Shown: positions 26,713 through 32,000 of the stretch, piece after piece
How positions within the stretch are numbered: the first letter of the stretch is position 1
Layout of the letters: each line of letters starts with the position of its first letter
NCBI RefSeq assembly: GCF_000020385.1
Contig: NC_010814.1
Coordinates: 840,001 to 872,000 of the forward strand
Length of the DNA: 32,000 nucleotides
Source: Trichlorobacter lovleyi SZ
GTDB taxonomy: Bacteria; Desulfobacterota; Desulfuromonadia; Geobacterales; Pseudopelobacteraceae
Direction: 5' to 3'
Made by a program: the position numbers and the translations under genes
Notes under the pieces: generated by a model
What the model was told of the DNA's origin: nothing
Seen by the model: the letters and a program-made list of their open reading frames with translations, nothing else
Databases searched by the model: none

Positions 26713-29709
26713 TCAGTAATACTGCCGGATATACCCATACGATTTTTCGAAAAGTTCCTCGTCCTGGTGCAACCGATATTTGAAGAGTGATTTCCGCAAG
26801 GCCTTCTTGACCTCGCGTTCACCCGCCAGAGTATGCTGCCAGCCGGGGAACCGTACCAGCCGGACAATCTCATCAATATCGGCAACGATCCGTTCCACCA
26901 TGACCGGGGTTTCCTCGGTCTTCACATCCTGAAACAGTTCGGTCAACGCCGCCTTGCCGCGATCCTCATCCTCTTCCGGCGGCGTCTCCTTTTCCGCCTG
27001 CAGCAGGTCTTTCGCCAGTTGCAGCAGCTGTTTCAGGAATTCGACACTGGTAATGAGCCCCTGTTCCTGCCGGTTCCGCAATTCCTCCAGCCGTTCCGAC
27101 AGCGCCTTGAATTTCGGATTACCCATGTGCTTGCGCAGTCGGCGAGAGATCTTGATCTCAATCTCCTTCACCTTTTTTGGGTCCGGGTTGGACAGCACCG
27201 CTTCCAGCAGGTCGGCATCGAGGATCAGCGTGTCCAGATCATCCCGCAGAGCTTCCACGTGGACGTTCTGGTGGATCAGTTCGATGGTCTTGGCGCCAAG
27301 GGAATGCCAGATCAGCTTTCCGTGACCGCTGGACGGCTGCACTGATTGGTACACCTGGGAGAGCCAGCGGTAATCAGTCTCGTACTGATTCAGCATCGGG
27401 TCCGGGGAAATCGCCTCCCACAGCTTGTTGAGGACGCTGAATTCGGCAGCGAAGTTATCGCGCACGGTGTTGTTCGGCAGGCACTGCTGCGCGGCGATCA
27501 GACCTTCATATCCCTGCAGGGTGCGATCCACGCCGATGAAGAAAGTCAGGCAGCGCTGCATGGCATCCGGGAGCTGATTCTTCAACTCCTGGATGTTGGA
27601 GACCACCTTGAGAATGTTCTTGTCGTCAAACTCCAACGCCTTGGCCACATCGTCGAACACGCCCAGATAATCGACAATCAGGCCGTGGGTCTTGGTGTCG
27701 GCGTAGGTGCGGTTGACCCGGCAGATGGCCTGCAGCAGCGTGTGGTCCTTCATCGGCTTGTCCAGATACATCGCCTGGAGAATGGGGGCATCAAAGCCGG
27801 TCAGCAGTTTTGAAGTGACGATGATGAGCTGCAGCGGGTCATTGGGATCACGAAACCGCTCCAGCAGCCGCTCCTCTTCGTCACGGGTGCGGGCATAGGC
27901 TTTGTACTGCGGCTCATTGCTGTTGACCGTCATGACAATCTCGCTCACCTCGGTTGGCAGGAGCTTGTCGATTTCCTGTTTGTAGAGCAGGCAGCACTCC
28001 CGGTCAAAGGTAACGATCTGCCCCTTGAAACCGTTCGGTTCGATTTTGGACTGGAAGTGCTGCACGATATCGGCGCAGATCCGCTGGACCCGCTCCGGCG
28101 TCTTGACCAGCACGGCCATCTTCGATGCTGCCCGGGCGAGGTTGTCCCGGTCCAGGTCGGACAGGTCGCCGGTCAGTTCGGCATAGGCTTCGTCGATGGC
28201 CTCTTTGTCGATATGCAGCTCCACCAGCCGGGGCTCGAAATGCAGCGGCAGGGTGGCGCCGTCCCGGATCGACTCCTCGAAACCATAGCGGCTCATGTAG
28301 CCGCCGGTGTCTTCCTCGGCGCCAAAGGCATAGAAGGTATTGCGGTCGCTCCGGTTGATCGGGGTGCCGGTGAGGCCGAAGAGAAACGCATTGGGAAGAG
28401 CCTGGCGCATCTTGCGCCCCAGGTCACCTTCCTGGGTGCGGTGGGCCTCATCCACCAGGGCAATGATGTTTGACCGTTCGTTCAGGACGCCATCCGCCTC
28501 GCCGAACTTGAAGATGGTGGTAATGATGATCTTGCGGACATCCTGCCCCAGCAGCTTTTGCAGCTTCTCGCGGGACTCGGCCTTTTCCAGGTTCGGGATG
28601 TCGGCGGCGGTGAAGGTGCCGGTGATCTGGGTATCGAGGTCGATGCGGTCAACCACGATCAGCACGGTCGGATTCTTCAGCTTGGGATGCAGGCGCAGTT
28701 TCTGGGCGGCAAAGACCATCAGCAGCGACTTGCCGGACCCCTGGAAATGCCAGATCAGCCCTTTGCGGGGAGCCCCAGCCAGCACACGCTCGACAATGCG
28801 ATTGGCGGCCTCGTACTGCTGGTAACGGCAGATGATCTTGCTGCGCTGCTTTTTCTTGTGGGTTGCGAACAGGGTGAAGTTGGCCAGAATATCGAGCACG
28901 ATATGGGGACGGAGCATGCTTTCGACAGCCGACTTGAGGGAGTGCAGCGGATGATGCTGGGTGTTGGTTGTAGTGTCATCCAGGTTCCACGGCCCCCAAT
29001 CCTTGACCGGCACACCAATGGCACCGTAACGGAATTCTTTCCCTTCGCTGGCGACCGAGAACACATTGCAGACGAACAGCTCCGGCACGAACTTCTCATA
29101 ATCCTCATGGACCTGCAGCGCCCCGTCCACCCAACTGGTTGCCTTCCGCACCGGGGTCTTGGCTTCGATCAGCACCAACGGCAGACCGTTGACCAGCAGC
29201 ATCAAGTCGGCCCGTTTTTCGATCTGCCCGGCCCGGTATGTATATTGCTGCGTCACTACATACTGGTTGTTGTCCAGATTCTCGAAATCGATCAACCGCA
29301 CCGGCACATGCTCATTGTTCTGGCCGAACGGCATAGTGCGCTCGCCCCGCAGCCAGGCGGTCATCTCCTCGTTGGCGCGGATCAGGCCGTCGGAGCGGAC
29401 GGAAAGCACGATGGCCCGCAGTTTGTAGAGCACTTCATCAGCGCGGTCGGGTTGAGCTTTGATTTCGGGATTTAGATGGATGAGGGCGTCACGGAGGTAG
29501 GATTCAACGAAAACTTCATTACTCTGGCGGGTGAGCTTCTGGGGGGAGACATACCGCCAGCCGACACCTTTGGTTGCCCGGCCGACGATGTATACCGGCT
29601 CCGGTTCACTGACTACACCTTGTGTAGTATCTATGACAGAACCAGTCAGCAGGTCGCGGAGGTAGGCTTCGACGGTGTTGGATTCGGTGAACAAGTTATC
29701 CTCCTGCAA
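26713..29709 (-). CDS. hsdR: Type I restriction enzyme, R (restriction/translocase) subunit
   Basis: 998-aa ORF with an N-terminal nuclease-type region (DLMLLVNGLPLVLIEAKTP), SF2 helicase motifs (FQGSGKSL, VDEAHRTQ, LTGTP, VTSKLLTGFDAP, QAICRVNR) and a C-terminal helical domain. Confidence 0.93.
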   Translation of the reverse strand: MQEDNLFTESNTVEAYLRDLLTGSVIDTTQGVVSEPEPVYIVGRATKGVGWRYVSPQKLTRQSNEVFVESYLRDALIHLNPEIKAQPDRADEVLYKLRAIVLSVRSDGLIRANEEMTAWLRGERTMPFGQNNEHVPVRLIDFENLDNNQYVVTQQYTYRAGQIEKRADLMLLVNGLPLVLIEAKTPVRKATSWVDGALQVHEDYEKFVPELFVCNVFSVASEGKEFRYGAIGVPVKDWGPWNLDDTTTNTQHHPLHSLKSAVESMLRPHIVLDILANFTLFATHKKKQRSKIICRYQQYEAANRIVERVLAGAPRKGLIWHFQGSGKSLLMVFAAQKLRLHPKLKNPTVLIVVDRIDLDTQITGTFTAADIPNLEKAESREKLQKLLGQDVRKIIITTIFKFGEADGVLNERSNIIALVDEAHRTQEGDLGRKMRQALPNAFLFGLTGTPINRSDRNTFYAFGAEEDTGGYMSRYGFEESIRDGATLPLHFEPRLVELHIDKEAIDEAYAELTGDLSDLDRDNLARAASKMAVLVKTPERVQRICADIVQHFQSKIEPNGFKGQIVTFDRECCLLYKQEIDKLLPTEVSEIVMTVNSNEPQYKAYARTRDEEERLLERFRDPNDPLQLIIVTSKLLTGFDAPILQAMYLDKPMKDHTLLQAICRVNRTYADTKTHGLIVDYLGVFDDVAKALEFDDKNILKVVSNIQELKNQLPDAMQRCLTFFIGVDRTLQGYEGLIAAQQCLPNNTVRDNFAAEFSVLNKLWEAISPDPMLNQYETDYRWLSQVYQSVQPSSGHGKLIWHSLGAKTIELIHQNVHVEALRDDLDTLILDADLLEAVLSNPDPKKVKEIEIKISRRLRKHMGNPKFKALSERLEELRNRQEQGLITSVEFLKQLLQLAKDLLQAEKETPPEEDEDRGKAALTELFQDVKTEETPVMVERIVADIDEIVRLVRFPGWQHTLAGEREVKKALRKSLFKYRLHQDEELFEKSYGYIRQYY

Positions 29710-30856
29710 TCTGACGTAACACCGCAGATTTTAGACTTCTTGAATGACATATCTTGGCGTCAAGCATTGAATTTCCTGATTCAATTTTTGAAAGTAAACT
29801 TGCCACCTGCTCCTGAACAGCTCGCTTGGGAAATGGTAGAGCAAGTTGACTAAGTTGTTCTACAGGGAGATGTCGAATAGTTGTTCCTGTGGCAACTCCG
29901 TCTAAAATACCTCTCTCTGCACAATAGCGAAGATAATGAAACATAAATTCCGGGATATCATCAGATGTTCGTGGCCTCAGCCTGTGCAATGCCTTTTGAT
30001 ACAACATCCCAGGGATTTCATCTTGCCAAATGGCTGCACGGCCTATTTCACCGCCTTCACATACAAGAAGGTCTCCCTTTCTCAGTTCATATTTTGTGAT
30101 TTCTCGTTCATCAAATGACATTTGAGGCAATTCGCCAAAGTCAAATTTCCCCCAAAGCACATTATTGTTTTTTATATAGGTTTTTTGATTGGAACCAAAA
30201 CGAGCTTTTTCCGAGCTCATTTTCCCAAGCTGAATTTCATAACAATCAGCGATCTTTTTTTTGTTGTTTTCAGGGAGGCTATTGAAGCTTTCCAACAAAG
30301 CTGCTTTGAATAATAGCTGAGCAGATGATCTTGCGCTGACAAGGTTATCTATCGTTTCCTCAACAGCCAGAAGTAACTCGACAATCCGCCGCTGCTCCTC
30401 CAACGGCGGCAGCGCAAACTCAAAATCAGCAAGACTTGTCCAGTTGGTTCGCGGACTCAGGCTGCCTGCCGATGTCCCGACTGCATGCTGAAAGAATGCT
30501 TCAGTCTGGCAGATGAACGGCAGTAGTTCCGGAAGGAGTTTCTTCGGGTCTTTGCTCTCCAGCACATAAATGTCGCCTGAACAGACTCCGGCAAAATCGG
30601 CCACCGCTACCTTGCGTTGATATGCCCGACGTTTGCCGAACAGAACCTGTCCCGGCTTGAACACGCTGGTAAAGGTGACACCATCGGCAACATTGCCCCA
30701 GCGCCGGACGCGCAAGTCCTCCGGGTCAATGTGCTCCAGACCGATGTACCGCTCATAACCATCGGCAAGCGGATCGCTGCTGCGCTCTTTCGAAAGGCGC
30801 ACGACATCCCCGAATTTGACCTTCTGCCAGCCGGGCTTTATAGGGTTACTACTCAT
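29696..30856 (-). CDS. hsdS: Type I restriction-modification specificity subunit
   Basis: 386-aa ORF with two target-recognition domains separated by the conserved helical spacers LPPLEEQRRIVELLLAVEETIDNL and LPFPKRAVQEQVASLLSKIESG. It overlaps hsdR by 14 nt. Confidence 0.9.
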   Translation of the reverse strand: MSSNPIKPGWQKVKFGDVVRLSKERSSDPLADGYERYIGLEHIDPEDLRVRRWGNVADGVTFTSVFKPGQVLFGKRRAYQRKVAVADFAGVCSGDIYVLESKDPKKLLPELLPFICQTEAFFQHAVGTSAGSLSPRTNWTSLADFEFALPPLEEQRRIVELLLAVEETIDNLVSARSSAQLLFKAALLESFNSLPENNKKKIADCYEIQLGKMSSEKARFGSNQKTYIKNNNVLWGKFDFGELPQMSFDEREITKYELRKGDLLVCEGGEIGRAAIWQDEIPGMLYQKALHRLRPRTSDDIPEFMFHYLRYCAERGILDGVATGTTIRHLPVEQLSQLALPFPKRAVQEQVASLLSKIESGNSMLDAKICHSRSLKSAVLRQIAGG

Positions 30857-31256
30857 CGTCAGATTCTTCCTCGTCAGGTAAAGCCAACTTTCTCATCCAG
30901 TCAGCAAAATCACTCAGGCTCTCGGCACCGTCAGGGGCGATAGTCCACCATCCCAACGTCAAATCAGAAAACTCTCCGTGAATGGTCAGTTCAACATATT
31001 CGCCGTCGCAAACCAAAGGGCTGACAGGAAAAGCTGGTAGCGTTGCCCGGCGCAGCAGATCAAGCTGTTGAGTTACTTCATCGGCTGGAACAGTAACTCG
31101 CCAGCGTTTGCGTGATGGTCCCTGCTGTTCAGTCACCTGGATATGATATGCATCACCCCGTTGCACCAGCTTCAGCAAATGGACTGAGAGCGGCATGAAA
31201 CCGCAACTCGGTGTTATGCGCAGGCGGGCTAGTTCAATTTGATCAGACACGGGCAT
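30849..31256 (-). CDS. Hypothetical protein (135 aa) with acidic C-terminal tail, coupled to hsdS
   Basis: The ORF's 3' end overlaps the hsdS start by 8 nt. It ends in ...LPDEEESDDE. No recognised domain. Confidence 0.5.
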   Translation of the reverse strand: MPVSDQIELARLRITPSCGFMPLSVHLLKLVQRGDAYHIQVTEQQGPSRKRWRVTVPADEVTQQLDLLRRATLPAFPVSPLVCDGEYVELTIHGEFSDLTLGWWTIAPDGAESLSDFADWMRKLALPDEEESDDE

Positions 31257-31277
31257 AGCGCCTCACAATACCGAAAC

Positions 31278-32000
31278 TCATGTGTCTGTTCTCCATTCAC
31301 CAGGTAGCGCAAATTCTTCCCAGACTTTCTGAAAAAACGGTCCAAGCAGTTCCTCCGCCGTTATATCGTATGTAGTGATGATTAATTGGCCGGAAAGTAC
31401 CTCGTCTATTGGGCAGCAGCCTTGGGGGTACATTCCAAAGCGCCTTTCCGCAATTTTGAAATCTTCGACACCTGAAAGTCCAACAATGATTTGTATAGGC
31501 GGCTCTATTCGAAGTTGATTTCGCATGAAAGCGAGATATGTACTTAGACCGTCACACAATGAAGTTAAGAGGACGGCAAACGGGATAAATTTATTTTCTT
31601 GCGCATGGAGAGTTGGTTGCTCGATTCCCCAAATCTCACCATTACGGAAAAGCTGAGTTACATAACGAGTTGGGTTGCTGCCAGTTGCAACTTCATAGCA
31701 GACACCGCCATCAGTATTGGCCATTATTAGACCGCCAGAAGACTTGCCAAGTGGAGGTAGTTGCCTAGTGTTGAGGAGATCAAGGATGCCCTTTGTTGTC
31801 ATCTCGGTTGTACCGGTATATGGGATTAAACGCAAAAACCACTGGGGGCCATTGTTCCAGTAGACGTTAGTTGGATCGCCACCGAAGGCAGATCTATCAT
31901 CCTTCCCCAGTAAATCTCCTTTGATAAAACTGGAAGATTTCCATACCGGCTCAACTCCTTTGAATACGGTTCTTCCGCAGAATTTATGGGTAACTGACCT
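31278..32000 (-). CDS. Hypothetical protein, 5' end outside the window (at least 240 codons)
   Basis: The reading frame of the 185-aa track ORF (TTG start at 31835) stays open with no stop all the way to position 32000, so the true start is probably beyond the window. It lies 21 nt upstream of the 135-aa ORF. No recognised domain. One 60-nt spot count in this ORF gave 42% GC. Confidence 0.5.
   Translation of the reverse strand, partial: RSVTHKFCGRTVFKGVEPVWKSSSFIKGDLLGKDDRSAFGGDPTNVYWNNGPQWFLRLIPYTGTTEMTTKGILDLLNTRQLPPLGKSSGGLIMANTDGGVCYEVATGSNPTRYVTQLFRNGEIWGIEQPTLHAQENKFIPFAVLLTSLCDGLSTYLAFMRNQLRIEPPIQIIVGLSGVEDFKIAERRFGMYPQGCCPIDEVLSGQLIITTYDITAEELLGPFFQKVWEEFALPGEWRTDT

Noticed and set aside
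28558-29475. 305-aa plus-strand ORF and several neighbours (26833-27345, 27346-27813, 28057-28473)
   Set aside because: They lie antisense to hsdR, whose helicase motifs are unambiguous. The composition and lack of translation signals indicate shadow ORFs.
1-32000. Scan for CRISPR arrays, rRNA genes and intact tRNA genes
   Set aside because: No regularly spaced direct repeats, no rRNA-like conserved blocks and no GGTTCGA[AG]TCC-type T-arm with a full cloverleaf were seen on either strand.

Overview
No rRNA gene, intact tRNA gene or CRISPR array was found; the window splits into a core part and an accessory part. It is moderately GC-rich: 60-nt spot counts give about 55-60% GC in core genes, with clearly lower-GC patches. 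Gene content and order suggest a Desulfuromonadales/Geobacter-like chromosome, but that is inference only. Core part (1-11.5 kb): an L,D-transpeptidase, then murA translationally coupled to a hisG-hisD-hisC-hisB operon. Three non-his ORFs sit inside that operon: a small ORF plus a minimal nucleotidyltransferase between hisG and hisD, and a Zn-ribbon ORF between hisC and hisB. A convergent cpoB/ybgF-like lipoprotein, a K+-independent-type membrane H+-pyrophosphatase and a rubrerythrin-family diiron protein follow. At about 11.5 kb, a 20-nt tRNA 3'-end fragment ending in CCA sits next to an orphan rho-independent terminator. This looks like the left junction of a genomic island extending past the window end. 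Accessory part (11.5-32 kb): (1) a small HTH gene divergent from a large serine recombinase and two ParB/Srx-domain genes, with no ParA; (2) a LysR regulator divergent from a NifS-type cysteine desulfurase and two tandem, mutually alignable small acidic ORFs; (3) a roughly 14-kb same-strand array: two unknown ORFs, hsdS, hsdR, nhaA, a P2-type cation ATPase, a DUF3124-like secreted protein, a CPA2/Kef-type antiporter and a GNAT. The Kef-type gene is cleanly interrupted by a 1325-bp IS5-family element with a TTAA target duplication. The candidates most worth follow-up are the recombinase/ParB/ParB trio, the LysR/cysteine-desulfurase/small-paralog operon, and the two unknown ORFs coupled to the front of hsdS-hsdR.
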